A stretch of DNA of 64,000 nt from Macrostomum lignano (GCA_002269645.1 NIVC01000150.1:496001-560000); one strand, 5' to 3'. Counted from the first letter of the stretch, positions 1 through 17,050 are shown. A program made the numbers and translations. The notes: generated by a model not told the origin, from the sequence alone.

Positions 1-1761
<1,761 letters not shown>

Positions 1762-2161
1762 GGAAGCCAGCTCATGTCAGGCCAGCTGCACAGCTCGCCA
1801 TCAGCTCATTCAGTCCGAGCAAAGCAGGCAGGCCAGCAGAGTCGCCCAGCTCAGGACGCAAGCAGCCCCATTAGCTGATTATTGACTTGGCGCAGTGACC
1901 AGAAAATTTCCACCTTCCTGAGTTCGCAAAGTCCTCCGCATAGCAGAAATGCGGAAATTTGATTGTCAAACAAAATCAAATCACTGCCAAGTCAAGCAAC
2001 ATGTAGAACAGTCTGCAACAACTTGTAGGTAATTTTGCCTGTGGTTCATCCTAGTAAATTGGATTAGATAAGCTGATGTGCTTGCAACAAAAGCTTAGTC
2101 CTTTAAAACGTTCCTAATGTGCTCTAGAAAGATTTACATGCTAGCTAGCTGGGTAAGTAAC

Positions 2162-2341
2162 GATGCCATGGCTCAAAGGGGGAGTTGCTGAGATGCCATG
2201 GCTCAAAGGGGGAGTTGCTGAGATGCCATGGCTCAAAGGGGGAGTTGCTGAGATGCCATGACTCAAAGGGGGAGTTGCTGAGATGCCATGGCTCTATTGG
2301 GGAGTTGCTGAGATGCCATGGCTCAAAGGGGGAGTTGCTGA
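2162..2341. repeat. 30-bp tandem repeat x6 (GATGCCATGGCTCAAAGGGGGAGTTGCTGA)
   Basis: Direct reading. Confidence 0.95.
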
Positions 2342-3065
2342 TAAGGTAAAGAATGCTATTCCGAGAACCCTTGGCCCATACGCACTTGAACTGCACACCA
2401 AGACTCTGATTTAAGCAACAATTCCCATTCAACACTACACAAGACGAAGGCCATTCCCAATAGAATGGAGAGGCCCATTGGAATACAGGCCCGGCAGTGT
2501 GTAGCAATCAACAATTTTTACGATGTTCTCAATGCCTCCTGCAGGCGCTGATGTTGAGTCCCCGCAGACTCCTATAGAGCACTCTCTACCGTCTTTATCT
2601 ATCTGATGAAGAGGTCGCCCCCACCTGCGCGCCTCCTCAGCCTCATGAAAGTTTGATCAATCCTAGGGCAGACCAGTATATGGCCTGTGTGAGCCTGAAT
2701 TTTAAATCACAACAGGTGACCAAGCTTGAACAATTGCGCTGTCTCTTGGATGCTTATTCTCTCTCTCTGCCAGCTGCTGCGCCTCATCATCAGTTCTTCT
2801 CTATAGTATGGTCCCCCTGTCTCAGTCTTAACTAAATAAACTCAGTCCGTTATAGAGTTGTATTAGGTTCTACTGTTGAATTTGGTGCTCTGGCATTGTA
2901 CAAGAGTTCTTTATTTTGTTCTCTTAAATAAAGGTTGATTGCAGGCGTCCTTCGGCGCTATTGATGGGGATTTGGGTTGGCTGACCTCTTCTTCTTGGCG
3001 TTCTTTGTTGTCTAATCTGCTTTCCAGTGTATGGCACTCCTGGCGCTTCTTCTCGCATCCTAAAT

Positions 3066-3335
3066 GGCACTCTTAATCGCACTCCTAATGGCACTCCTAA
3101 TGGCACTCTTAATCGCACTCCTAATGGCACTCCTCCTGGCACTCCTCCTGGCATTCCTCCTGGCACTCCTAATGGCACTCCTAATGGCACTCCTCCTGGC
3201 ACTCCTAATGGCACTCCTCCTGGCACTCCTCCTGGCACTCCTAATGGCACTCCTAATGGCACTCCTCCTGGCACTCCTAATGGCACTCCTAATGGCACTC
3301 CTCCTGGCACTCCGAATGACACTCCTAATGGCACT
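3066..3335. repeat. 12-bp minisatellite GGCACTCCT(AAT/CCT)
   Basis: Direct reading. Confidence 0.95.
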
Positions 3336-3487
3336 GCTTATAGCAATGATCATTAATTTGACAGACTCTAAAAACATTCGTTTTTATAATAAATAAATAT
3401 TAATAATTTCTAAATAATAACGATTCTGCTAAATAACTATAAGTTGATGATCATAGAAGCAAAAAACAGTGGTTCGAGTCATTGCAG

Positions 3488-3528
<41 letters not shown>

Positions 3529-3969
3529 ACCCGTTGTAGAGCGCATCCGATAATCAGATGTCAATCAGAAGAATCGGCATTCTGCCTGCTCAAAGCTGAC
3601 TGACTGAGAATCAGGCTCCGATAGCAAGCAGCTTTGCAGCTTACGGGGAAGTTAAATATCACATCTCTTAATCTGACTTCCACATCTGCCGCTTTGCCCT
3701 CTGCTTGGTTTCTAATCCTAAGCCAGCTCTTAATATATCGATCAACTCTGACGTAGGAAAAAAGTCGATATGCCGGAGCTCCTGAGTTCGGAATGCTTTC
3801 AGAATTTCTCGGCTAGCCAGGGAGGCCGACAGACACAGTTTGGGAAGGGTGCGACATCAATCTAAGCCGCTATGGGATGGAGACGCCTCTTTATTCCTGA
3901 TCTGAGCTTGTTGCCAATCTGAATCTCTGGACTCGGGTGTCGGTTGCGAAATAACTGAAAATTTCTACA

Positions 3970-4760
3970 TTCGGATACTAATTTGTACATTCGAGCGTTT
4001 GTACACTGCAGACAGTGTTGGCACCTGCAGTGCAGACATTCTGGCGCAAATTTGTACATTCTGGCGCCGATTAGTACATTTTGGCGCCAACTTGTACATT
4101 CTGGCGCCAATCTGTCGATTCTAGCGCCAATTTGTACATTCTAGCGCCAATTTGTACATTTTGGCGCCAATTTGTACATTCTGGCGCCAATCTGTCCATT
4201 CTAGCGCCAATTTGTACACTCGAGGCGCCCATTAGTACATTCTGGCGCCAATCTGTCTATTCTAGCGCCAATTTGTACACTCGGGGCGCCAATTTGTACA
4301 TTCTGGCGCCAATCTGTCTATTCTATCGCCAATTTGTACACTCGGGACGCCAATTTGTACATTCTGGCGCCAATCTGTCTATTCTATCGCCAATTTGTAC
4401 ACTCGGGGCGCCAATTTGTACATTTTGGCGCCGATTCTAGCGCCAATTTGTACATTTTGGCGCCGATTCTAGCGCCAATTTGTACATTCTGGCTCAAACA
4501 GTACAATCGGGCGCCATTCTTACATTCGAGCGCTAATTTGGCAATATCAGCACCAATTTGTACATTCTGGCGCCTATCTGTCCATTCTGGCGCCTATCTG
4601 TACATTCTGGCGCCGGTTTTTACATTCTGGCGCTGATCTGTCCATTCTGGCGCCGATTTTACATTCTGGCGCCAATTTGGCCATATAAGCACTATTGTGC
4701 ATCGTACATTAATTTGTACATTCGGGGTTCCAAGTTGTACATTCTAGCGCCATCGAATGA
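3970..4760. repeat. Degenerate ~20-bp array (CTGGCGCCAATTTGTACATT)n
   Basis: Periodic GGCGCC and TGTACA palindromes. Confidence 0.9.
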
Positions 4761-5480
4761 TAAGCACTCCACAAGGTAATTACTAAACATAAACATGTTT
4801 AATCACATTGATTTATAAAATCTCAAACTAGAATATACGCTCATAGCACAAATCTTATTCAATTCGTGTCTGTCTTGGCACCTGCAGACATATTCTCAAG
4901 ATTTTATCTAACTGTGTCATACTGTCATTCATCATAACCGTTTCCTCAACGTGACGAGGCTAAATTGTCACCAAATCTGCGTGTTAGTCAGCAACTGCGA
5001 ACAGAGGTGCTAACACTATGGACCGTGTGTACAAGTATTGGGTCGAATTCTTAACATTAGGGTCAACGTTAGCGAAATTGTGCGATCGAATATCGCACCT
5101 CACATCCTTCCAGCCGATGTGCTAATAGCGGTTTTCAGCCCATTAATAGGTAAACGAGAGATGCAAGCCGCTAACGGAAAAAGCTGATAACGGACATCTT
5201 CACATCTTGGACCCCCTGCTCTATTGGCACCTACTCCAAAATCTTAAACAGCTCAACTGAGACTCTGCCAACTCTGAGACCGGCTTTTATTCGCCTCAGT
5301 CTCCTATTGGCTGCAGCCCCACCCCAACCCCAACACCCCCATATCTCTTCGCTGCTCTCTCACGTGTTGAGCAGTGGATGGGGGGTTGGTGCGGACTCAC
5401 AGAATCCTCGGTGGTTGGCCACCGCCTCTCCTGTCCCCAGACCCGCCTCCCCCCCCCCACAGGTTGGAGCGCGGCTGCGG

Positions 5481-5488
5481 CATAAATA
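5481..5488 (+). promoter_or_regulatory. TATA-like element upstream of the scratch start codon
   Basis: CATAAATA about 100 bp upstream of ATG 5580 in a GC-rich context; position only, no transcript data. Confidence 0.35.
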
Positions 5489-5579
5489 CCCGGCTGGCCG
5501 AACGGGAAGTTTTGCTTCAAAAAACTCCAATTGGACTCATCCGGTATCTCTCCAGCCTCGGCGCCTAGTTTATCCAGTC

Positions 5580-8518
5580 ATGGACATCCAGACTCTGCTT
5601 GCGGATGTGCGCGACCGTCGGGTCTCATTGACCGCGGCCGCTGCCCAGCCTCCGCCTCCTTCTACTCCATTAGCTTCATCGTCATCGAATCGCAGTCAGC
5701 AGCAGCAGCAGCACCTCATCGTGGCTCCAGTGGCCTCATATCCAGCCAAGCAGAACTTCTCAGCGCTGGCAGCAGCTCAGCATCCGCCCCATCCTGCCCT
5801 GCCATTCCTGCCCTACTCAGCCCTGCCTCAGCAGCACCAGTCAGGAGCTGATGTGTACTCGACGATGCTGTCCTACATGACCTGGTGGCAGCATCAGCAG
5901 CATCAGCAGCAGCAGCAGGCGGCAGCGGCAGCGGCGGCGGCAGCAGCGGCGAAGCTGCAGATGGCGTACGCAGCCGCCGCTCCCGGGCTTCTGTCAGCGT
6001 ACGCGGCAGCCGAGCTGGAAGCCAGACGACTAGGTGAGCTGAGCGAATATAATTGCGGTACTTTAATTAATTCAGTACGGTACTATAGAAAGTTTATAAC
6101 CGCCTGTCTCGTCCCAGCAACACCGTCATCATTTTATAGTCTAATCTAAACCTTAGCTTATAGATACTGTGGCCACGCGACCACCACTCTACAATCACTA
6201 TTTATATTTGCCTAGCCAAACCCTTCACAATAGTCCGCTACGGGTGTGGTGGGAAGGGCCATAGACAGTCACTGATTGGATTGGGTCACTGCTGCCCGCA
6301 GACCGCAGAGGAGACAGCTGACTCTAAAGCAGGGGGGCACCCTAACTTATAATAGTTAGGTCACAGGCCTCAAACTGTTGACCAGAGGGGGCACACTGGC
6401 CACTTGAGAATACCGGACGAGTCGGCACAGACGCAGGCGGTCGTGTGTGTGTGTGTGTGTGTGTGTGTGCGACTGTCTGTCTGTCCACCTTTTATAAATT
6501 TTTCAATCCCAAGACGCGCCGCGGACAAAAGCCGCCTTCATCCGCGCATACATTATTTGTGCGATTCTGAGCGTGTGCGTGGGGGGCAGGGGGTCAAAGC
6601 CTGGATATTCAATGCAGAGAGGCATAAAGTGGGGGCCGCGACAGGTGGCTGGGTTGCGAAATCTCAGTTATGGGGAGCAATTGGGTGGGAGGTGTAGGTG
6701 CGCTTGAGTCCATCGCCCATCTTAGCTCCAGCACACGCGCAAGAGCACCCATCTGTTGTCCGGGACCGTTGCCTCTAAGCATTAACCGACCGTGCAGGGA
6801 CAATTTAAATCTAGGGAGAGAGGGACAGAAGATTCGCTCAAATCGCTGCACTTGAGCAGTAATTCGAGCGCGAACTTTGCTCTCTTCACGCACGACCTCG
6901 CCATCTATAGCGATGCTTGCGGAGTCTGCATTCTCTCTCAGCTGCTAAACTTCCTGATGCTCATGACTGCCCACCGTGCGCTGACCTTTGCAGAGTACCT
7001 GAAGCTGCTCCACAGTCAGCTGAGCCCGCCGACACCGCAGCAGCAGCAGCAGCTGGGATCTCAGACTCCCGCAGCTCTGCCGCTCGCAGCCGAACACCAC
7101 AGGTCCTTCGACTTGGCAGACGAGGCCTCCCTGTCCATGTCGCTGCTGCCTGAGGACCTCAGTCTGAAGGACGCCAGCAGGGAGGTGCAGCAGCAGCAAC
7201 GGCAGCGACTCAAGGCAGAGCCACCAGAGGAGGAGCTGCAGGACACGGCTGACTCGATGACAGCAGCAGCAGCAGTACCAGCAGCAGCGAACAGCGAACT
7301 TCTTGACGATGACTACATCGTTGACGATGTTGTAGACGACGATGGTGCATCGGCGATGGCTGATGACGGCATGAAGCTGGAGGTGACGGAGGAGCTGCAG
7401 CAGCTGCCGGACACCAGCGATGAGTCGCCACAGATGCAGCAGCCGCAGTCCATCAAGACGACGCCAGTCAGGAAGTCACTGGGCAAGAACAGCGGCTTCC
7501 AGGATGGCGTGACAGTCGGGTACACCTTCGATGCATTCTTCGTCAGCGACGGCCGATCGCGGAAGCGCAACTCGGCGCTGCAGTCGGGCGCGTCGGCAGC
7601 CTCGGGCTCGGTTGTCGGCGATCCGACCGACTCCGCTGGCGCCGACGCCAAGTGTCGGACTCGGTACACCTGCAATGAGTGCGGCAAGGACTACGCCACC
7701 TCCAGCAACCTCAGCCGGCACAAACAGACCCACCGGAGCCTGGACAGCCAGCTGGCCAAGAAGTGTCCGCACTGCAGCAAGACCTACGTGTCCATGCCGG
7801 CGCTTTCCATGCACATCCTGACGCACAGCTTAAAGCACAAATGCCACATCTGCGGCAAAGCATTCAGCCGGCCTTGGCTGCTCAACGGCCACCTCAGGGC
7901 GCATACAGGTGAGTTAGATTTATCTATTTATTCACTCCTTCAGATGTCACTCCTTCAGATGTCACTCCTTCAGATGTCACTCCTTCAGATGTCACTCCTT
8001 CAGATGTCACTCCTTCAGATGTCACTCCTTCAGATGTCACTCCTTCAGATGTCACTCCTTCAGATGTCACTCCTTCAGATGTCACTCCTTCAGATGTCAC
8101 TCCTTCAGATGTCACTCCTTCAGATGTCACTCCTTCAGATGTCACTCCTTCAGATGTCACTCCTTCAGATGTCACTCCTTCAGATGTCACTCCTTCAGAT
8201 GTCACTCCTTTCTAATCAGAGAATCGGAACCGTTCCGCAGGTGAAAAGCCGTTCGGCTGCGCTCACTGCGGCAAGGCGTTCGCAGACCGGTCGAACCTGC
8301 GCGCCCACATGCAGACTCACTCGGCCGAGAAGCAGTTCCGGTGCTCAAAGTGCGACAAGTCGTTCGCACTGAAGTCCTACCTGAACAAGCACCAGGAGTC
8401 GGCCTGCCAGACCTCTGCCGGTTCCGTCTCAGCCGACGCCATGATGGACACGGACTCCAGGGCCGACTCAGCAGAGTGCATGACTCCATCAGCAGCTCAA
8501 GCCGACAACTCGCAATGA
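5580..8518 (+). CDS. scrt: Scratch-type Snail-superfamily C2H2 zinc-finger transcription factor, 3 exons (5580-6033, 6994-7908, 8241-8518; ~548 aa)
   Basis: Five C2H2 fingers: YTCNECGKDYATSSNLSRHKQTH, KKCPHCSKTYVSMPALSMHILTH, HKCHICGKAFSRPWLLNGHLRAH, FGCAHCGKAFADRSNLRAHMQTH, FRCSKCDKSFALKSYLNKHQESAC. Scratch-box-like GYTFDAFFVSDGRSRKR precedes finger 1. Both introns are GT-AG and phase 1 (CTAG|GTGAG...TTTGCAG|AG; ACAG|GTGAG...CCGCAG|GT), and splicing restores the HTGEKPF linker. The start codon is the least certain part. Confidence 0.92.
7933..8210. repeat. 15-bp minisatellite (CACTCCTTCAGATGT)x18 filling scratch intron 2
   Basis: Perfect tandem copies. Confidence 0.98.
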
Positions 8519-8904
8519 TTGACCATCACTGCGTGTGAATGTGAATGTTTGTTTGTATGAAGCAAGCAGTGAAAGTCACTGTGATACAGCACCATGACAT
8601 TAAAATTATATTATTAAACCACAGTTGCACACAAGGCGTCAAGTTTTAATTTCAGCTTCTCTTGCTTGTATATCAGCAGATGTCATTGTAAACATGATTT
8701 GCTTTTAAAGACACTTTGTACCTTTTTATGTTTATAAAAATTACTATATATTATACACAATGAGCCACTTTTATGTAAGCCATTTTATTAGTAAGCCTAT
8801 ATATGCTTCATTCTGCTAGCTTTAAAAGTACAAAGCAATTGTTAAAGTTTTATCTGCAGCATATATTGGCGGTTTTATCATATTTATGTACTAATTTATA
8901 AACT

Positions 8905-8910
8905 AATAAA
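8905..8910 (+). promoter_or_regulatory. Candidate polyadenylation signal of scratch
   Basis: AATAAA in the AT-rich region about 390 bp after the stop codon. Confidence 0.35.
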
Positions 8911-10288
8911 TTATTCAATCAGCGATTTGTAAATTTGTTTTTCTTATATGCTTCAGATGACAAATACAAATTAGTAAACGAATACGTGAAGTTTTTAACG
9001 ATCCAGTCGAATTTTAAACTATCTGCAATCTGTCTAGTATAAGAAATTTAAACTCGCGCTTAGTTTTTGTTTTACTAATGTGTCCCATTCGATAAGAGGG
9101 GAAAGAGAAGACGGAAGCCAGCAACAAATTGAAGTTGCAGCAAAGACCAGATGGATTAAGATTCCATTTGCATGCAATTTCCAATTTATCCCAAAGAGAT
9201 GCTAAGAAGCAGATAAGTTTCCCACTTCTCCGGTGGGAAAGCGAACCCACAGGACATGTTGCTCAGAAATCAACATTTGAATCCCAATGAATTGAAGGCC
9301 GCACAAGGTTTTCTATTTGACAACTTTAATGCATAAAAAACTTGGTTTTCTCACAGGATGAGTACAGGCAATGGGGAATAGGGGGGAAATGGGAGGGGAA
9401 ATAATCCTCTGGAATGGGCAGGATTATCCCAGATGTGCCAAGGTGCGAAGAAATCCGAGGCCGCAGGGGAGCTGAGAGGCTGTGTTTTTCTTGATGACGA
9501 GAATCGAGCCAGCAGGGGGGTTGCCATCAGGTTTCCGACACACCTGAGGGCGCAGCGCAGACTTCATCAGCCTCCCAACAGGCAAGAGCCGCAGCCCCAG
9601 AGGCCAGATCCAGGCCATATTGGCAAAAGCAAATTGAGTGTTTCTCGGGCCAACATCACAGAAATCGATTGCAGGCAGAGCCACGGAGAGAGCAGTCAAC
9701 AGACCTGCTTGGAGAGACACAATCCTCCCCACCTGATGCTTACAAAGAAAACAGTTTTGCTTGATGAGCGAGCGGTCAACTCTCTTTTATATAGACAAGA
9801 TTGGCTCACGGCCGCCCAGATTAAAAACTTTCCATAGGCTGAGTCAACATGCTGAAATTGAGTTCAGACGGGAATTCAGTAATGGCCTTGGAAAAGTTGA
9901 TACTCATGCAGCCTGGCATTATCCTCTTCAAGTCTGCCCCAGCCTCCCATGGTCAGTGCTGCATCTCCAGGGGATTCTCAGATCCAAAGCCGCGACAAAA
10001 AGGAACCGAATTTGTGCAGCAACACTGCGGGCAGCTTTCGGACAATATAAATATATACACAAGGAGACTCCGTCTGCTGGGGATTAACAGATCCTCTTTC
10101 TCCTAGTAGCAGAAGAGAACTGCTCAGCCAGGCCCCCCCCAATCTTCTTATCCCTCTTTGCCATTCCAATTCCCTCAAGGACTCACCTTCTGTTGCAGGC
10201 AGGGGCAGGTGACTGCGATCCTGACCAGTTGTAGTAGCATCCTCTCTGGCTTAAGCCCGAAATCGCTCGCGTGGCTCTCGCAAGAAGT

Positions 10289-10335
<47 letters not shown>

Positions 10336-11629
10336 AAATTTGAGAACTATAGTGCTCATTCTTATGCTCATCTGCTCATTTAAATTTCAATGCCATATGC
10401 AACACTTTCTGACACGCTGCAAGGCACAGACAGCTAATGATGAAAAACCCAAGCATCCGAACTGTTTTGTTCGCCCGTGCGTGAAAATTTTTAGCGGCAA
10501 AAATTTTTGGGGGCTTGGCTAATCTGAAGCTCCGATGCCCGTTGATTGCAGGGGGGGGGGCGTGTCTCGGAGTCTGAGAAGCGGCGATCTGCGGCGGGGC
10601 ACGCATCCGTACCAGAGGGGATAAAATCCCCCACCCTCCACTCACACACACCAGCTGTCTAACAGACTGACCCCGGCTTGTGCCCATTTATTTTCGAGCC
10701 TCTCTTTCGCTAACTTTCCCTTTATGTGGAGAAAAGACGGGGCGTCATCAATTTCGCGAGCTAGGGGGGGGGGATTCTGTCACACGTGGTCAAAGGCTCA
10801 ATGAGTGGGGAACGATTCCCATTGTCCAGTCTGAGCTAACTCAAATGTCTGACCATATATCTCCCAAATTCAATAGAACAATGGGAAGATGGCAGTGTTA
10901 GATGATGGAGCTGAGGCATCGGGTCCCAAACCCAGCCATTAATAAGCGCCTCTGTTTGATTACAGAACGGCTCGAGGCCTGCAACTTGAGGAATTTCAGT
11001 TTTTTGCTCAACCGCCCATTTTTGTTTGAGCGCACGCGGGGCCCCCGCTGTGTTTGACAAGTGGTCAGGGGGGCACGCGCCTGAGTCTGGGCTCAGGGGG
11101 GGGCTTTCAATCTATTAACCTAATGACCTGCCCCCAGTCCAGCCATATTTTTCATCGCCCATCCATTCTCTTGAAAATCTTGAGTAGAAGGGCGTATGAG
11201 ACGTTATCAGGTTTCCTCAAACCTGTCCATCCTCAGCTATCGGAGTCCTGCAGTCCAGCTTCTCGAGCGATTTTTAAGCGGCATCAGTGACCCCCACTTC
11301 AATTGCTTTTGGTTCTTCATCATCAATTTCAGTCAGTCTAAATTGAAATTGGTGTGTGAGATACTCAGCTATTCTGCATAACAGACTTTCTCTGGGCACC
11401 TCTGAGATATTCGATTTCAATCTTGGAATCTTATTATATAGATATATAAATCTATGGAATAAATAACCGCGAAATTCGATAGCTGATGGAATAACTGCGA
11501 TTTTTGAGCAATCTAATTGCCACATAGAGTAGAGTCTCACAATATGCTTGCCATTCTTTGCAATGCTGACTGAGAATTGATGATTCCATGCTTTCAGTGA
11601 ATTCTTAGAAACTTTCTCTGCTCATCTGC

Positions 11630-12350
11630 CTCCCACTCTGTCCCTATCTACCTCTCTCATTCTGTCCCTATCTACATCTCTCACTCTGTCCCTATCTACC
11701 TCTCTCACTCTGTCTCTGTCTACCTCTCTCACTCTGTCCCTATCTACTTCTCTCACTCTGTCCCTATCTATCTCTCTCACTCTGTCCCTATCTATCTCTC
11801 TCACTCTGTCCCTATCTACCTCTCTCACTCTGTCCCTATCTACCTCTCTCACTCTGTCTCTGTCTACCTCTCTCACTCTGTCCCTATCTATCTCTCTCAC
11901 TCTGTCCCTATCTACCTCTCTCACTCTGTCTCTGTCTACCTCTCTCACTCTGTCCCTATCTACCTCTCTCACTCTGTCTCTGTCTACCTCTCTCACTCTG
12001 TCCCTATCTACTTCTCTCACTCTGTCTCTGTCTACCTCTCTCACTCTGTCCCTATCTACCTCTCTCACTCTGTCCCTATCTACCTCTCTCACTCTGTCCC
12101 TATCTACCTCTCTCACTCTGTCTCTATCTACCTCTCATTCTGTCCCTATCTATCTCTCTCACTCTGTCCCTACCTACCTCTCTCACTCTGTCCCTATCTA
12201 TCTCTCTCACTCTGTCCCTATCTATCTCTCTCACTCTGTCCCTATCTACCTCTCTCATTCTGTCCCTGTCTACCTCTCTCACTCTGTCTCTGTCTACCTC
12301 TCTCATTCTGTCTCTGTCTACCTCTCTCATTCTGTCTCTATCTACATGTA
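11630..12350. repeat. 24-bp pyrimidine-rich minisatellite (CTCTCTCACTCTGTCCCTATCTAC)n
   Basis: Direct reading. Confidence 0.95.
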
Positions 12351-13392
12351 CCTCTCTCTCTGTCTCCCGATCCACCTCTCACTCCACATGTAGTTACACG
12401 TTGTAAACTGGAGCAACAAGAGCCATATCCCAGACTCTCAATGCTGTTCAGATGAGGAGAGTTTACGATGCGTCAGGATATATCGTGCCTTCAGGAAAGC
12501 AGTGAGCGATGAGGGTTACCTCATACTGGTCTGGGAACCATAAGGATGTAGCGCTGAAGTTTTATGCCACATAATTGGGATAATTTTAAAGATTAGCTTT
12601 GCTCGCAGCTGAACAAAACCAGTTCAGGGCGTACTTAAGACTGGATGCTCATACAATAGATAGTCGCTAGGCTAATCTCAGGTCCCGGCCACGTGTTGCC
12701 TTCTCCCTGCAGTAACTTCAACTAATATCTCTGACTATGCGCACAAAAACTAGCTGTGACACACCTGCCCTTTTTTGTCTCCTCAAATTCTCCTATCTAG
12801 TTTGGGAAGTTATTTTTTTTTAAGACACTTCTCCCCATTGTAGTTTATCTCCAGGGCGGGGCCAGACTTCCAACTGGCTGAGGGGAAAATCGAGTCAAAC
12901 GCTAAAAGTGGCAGAACTTTTTTATATATCCCTCGAGTGAGAGCACTGAGTCTCCCAGGCCGCTCGTAGCCTAATAATGCTAAACGCAGAATGCAAAAAA
13001 GGCATTTCTTGAGGAAGAACACACGAGCCGCACACTCTCTGAGTTTCATCTGTGCTGTGCGTGTGCGCCAGTCTCGCACTTGGTCAGGCGTGGCTCCTTG
13101 GCACATGTCCGCCCATGGTCACCAAAGTGCCCACCCTTTCTGCTTTCATAATAAAAAAATTAGAGGGCGCTTCTTCCTACTACTTTGTCTTCTTCTAGGA
13201 GAGACACGGACCGCAGTCGCTCGGAGACAAACATTTGCGGGAACCCAGACAATTCCAGCACGTGACCAACAACAGATTCACAACCGAAGTCCAGGGAGTC
13301 ACAGAGTGAGCTTGCTATCAACAGCATGAACCACTGGCCCGACTGGGAAAGGCACTGGGCAAATCCTGATTGATTTCTCAAGTTATGTCTCT

Positions 13393-14330
<938 letters not shown>

Positions 14331-15176
14331 CAGGTAGATAGTGAATCAGTCCATTCACTATCTACCGGTAGAACCGCTGCTGTCAAATCCCAGGACACCC
14401 CCCCCCCGATTATGGCACAGTAATATTATCAGCGATTGCCAATGAGGGGAGAAAACTGACGGCAGGAGGCCATCGATCGAGTGAGAAGCCAACCTCCAGG
14501 GGCCTCACTTGAGTTGCCGCTAATTTCTGTCTCTTCAAGCGTGACAAACAACTGAAAGCGCGATTTTCATTTATTACGGCGAGGTTCGCTCAGGTCGCTC
14601 AATCTGATGAAAGCCTGGGGGTGGTGACGATTCTGTTTCTAAGCGGGGCCGCCGAGTCAGACTTTGGGGTCTTCAAGCTGTCGGAAGCAATTCTGGCATC
14701 GAAAATCGATCAGCTGCTTTCGCACTCGAGTCAGAATTTTCTGCTGAGATTGTGTTTTTATATTTCACATCGATTTTTTCCAACTTCCAACTTCCAAGAG
14801 AGAAGGCCGACTCTTAACCGGAGCTCCCGCTCACCTGCTCTCAGAGATAAAGTTTTCGGCAAATAAAATCAGAAAGGAAACCCGCCCTGAAGCAATTGTT
14901 TCATGCATAAATTATTAATAACCTTGCCGAGTTTCTGTGTGCTCTGGGGCTGTCCGGGCACCTGGACATTGCCAGCCAGTTCGAATTGACCAGCTGAAGA
15001 CTGCTCGATCTTGTGATAGTCAATATTAAACAACTTTTAAGTCTTGCCTGAGGCCACCGCGGGACACCAAGTGTAAACAGGGGTCACTTCGTGATGCCCA
15101 CTCACTCCTGGACTCAATCACTGTCTTCATCAATTGATTGATTTCCGCTGACTGCTGGAGTATTTGGTTCACGCAC

Positions 15177-15756
<580 letters not shown>

Positions 15757-17050
15757 GATCGAATTCTGATGGTTAATTTCAACATTTAGAAAAAAGTGCT
15801 TGTCTTCTGCTTTTTAAAAGCAATATTTATCTGATTTCTTGATGTGTTTCCTGAAGCAATGCTCCTCATCTCTGCCCAGTTTATTGTCAACAAAAACGGA
15901 ATTCTGCGGGTCCAAATCAACAAGGCTTGCAACCAAGAAATGAACTGCTTTTTTATTGAGAGCCGCAGAAAGCTCTGCAGTGCACGTGCGGCACGTGACC
16001 GCTCCCAAGCTCTGTCGGAACAACAACAGCATCATCAACTTTTTTAAAGTTCACCAATTCGCACTGCCAGCTGAGATTTCCGCGGCCTGGATTGAGGCTC
16101 CGACTGGGGAGCTGTTTAAGCGAAGTCAAATCAAAAATCCCCAAAATCCTGCTGGTCCCGCATGCCGGACGAGAACTTGTCCCAATGCTGGACAATTCAA
16201 TGGGCCGCATATTTGATTTTTAGTGTTCGGAAACTTCCATACAAAAGCTTTAGAATAGAAATTTTGTCTCTTAAAATCACTTTTTTGTCTAGCCTGGTTC
16301 ACCCGTCTATCTTATACACATCGATTTTGATCCAGGGGAAAATCGAATGTCAATCTATTCGAGCTCGAAAAATGAGCCCTCATAATGTCCTCCAGTGGCA
16401 TTGTTCACAGAAATTAATTTTATTCCCAGCGTGCAAACAGGTTATTAACAAATTTAACCAGCCCTTCTTTCTCGACTATAAAGATGGGACTCCAGAATTG
16501 CCTGATAGATGAATCATTTTTTTATTAAGTCATATTTTTTGAAAGCGCCTTCTTGTTGCCAAGTGGGATCTGGGCGAGAATGGCGTGCGCACCATGTCTC
16601 CTGCCTTTCATCGTGAGCAGGACTAGGCCTCCTCAAAGTTAACTTTGCAGCCTCATCATCAACCCCCACCCCTCACCCTCTGCTCAGCTTCCGCCCTCAG
16701 TTATAATGCTTTTTTCATTCTTATCCCCGCAGACTCGTCATAGCAGAAGTCAGCGGGTTATGCAACCAGGCTGACTGCCTGACCCCCCCACCAGCATGTC
16801 TGCCTCTCTGCTCAGTCTATCAAAGTTAATTTCTCTAAAATTTGGTTACTGATAATATATTAAGAATATTTATTGTTCAAAAATTTGTCTACATTTTTAG
16901 CTACATACTGCGTGTCGATATCTGACTTGATCAATAAATTCAGATACTGATTCGTAGCATTGATGTCCATGCGCATGAATGCAAAATTCTTTTTTCTAAA
17001 AGCTAAAAACAAGTTAGAAATATTATATTTATGAACGAAAATGTGGAATC

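Noticed and set aside
6169-6403. GTGGCCAC...TGGCCAC as terminal inverted repeats of a MITE in scratch intron 1
   Set aside because: Only a 7-bp self-palindromic match, with no TSD and no second copy in the window.
6792-8372. 526-aa single-exon ORF with an (SLLQM)n tail as the real scratch product
   Set aside because: It reads through intron 2; in-phase GT-AG splicing restores HTGEKPF and fingers 4-5.
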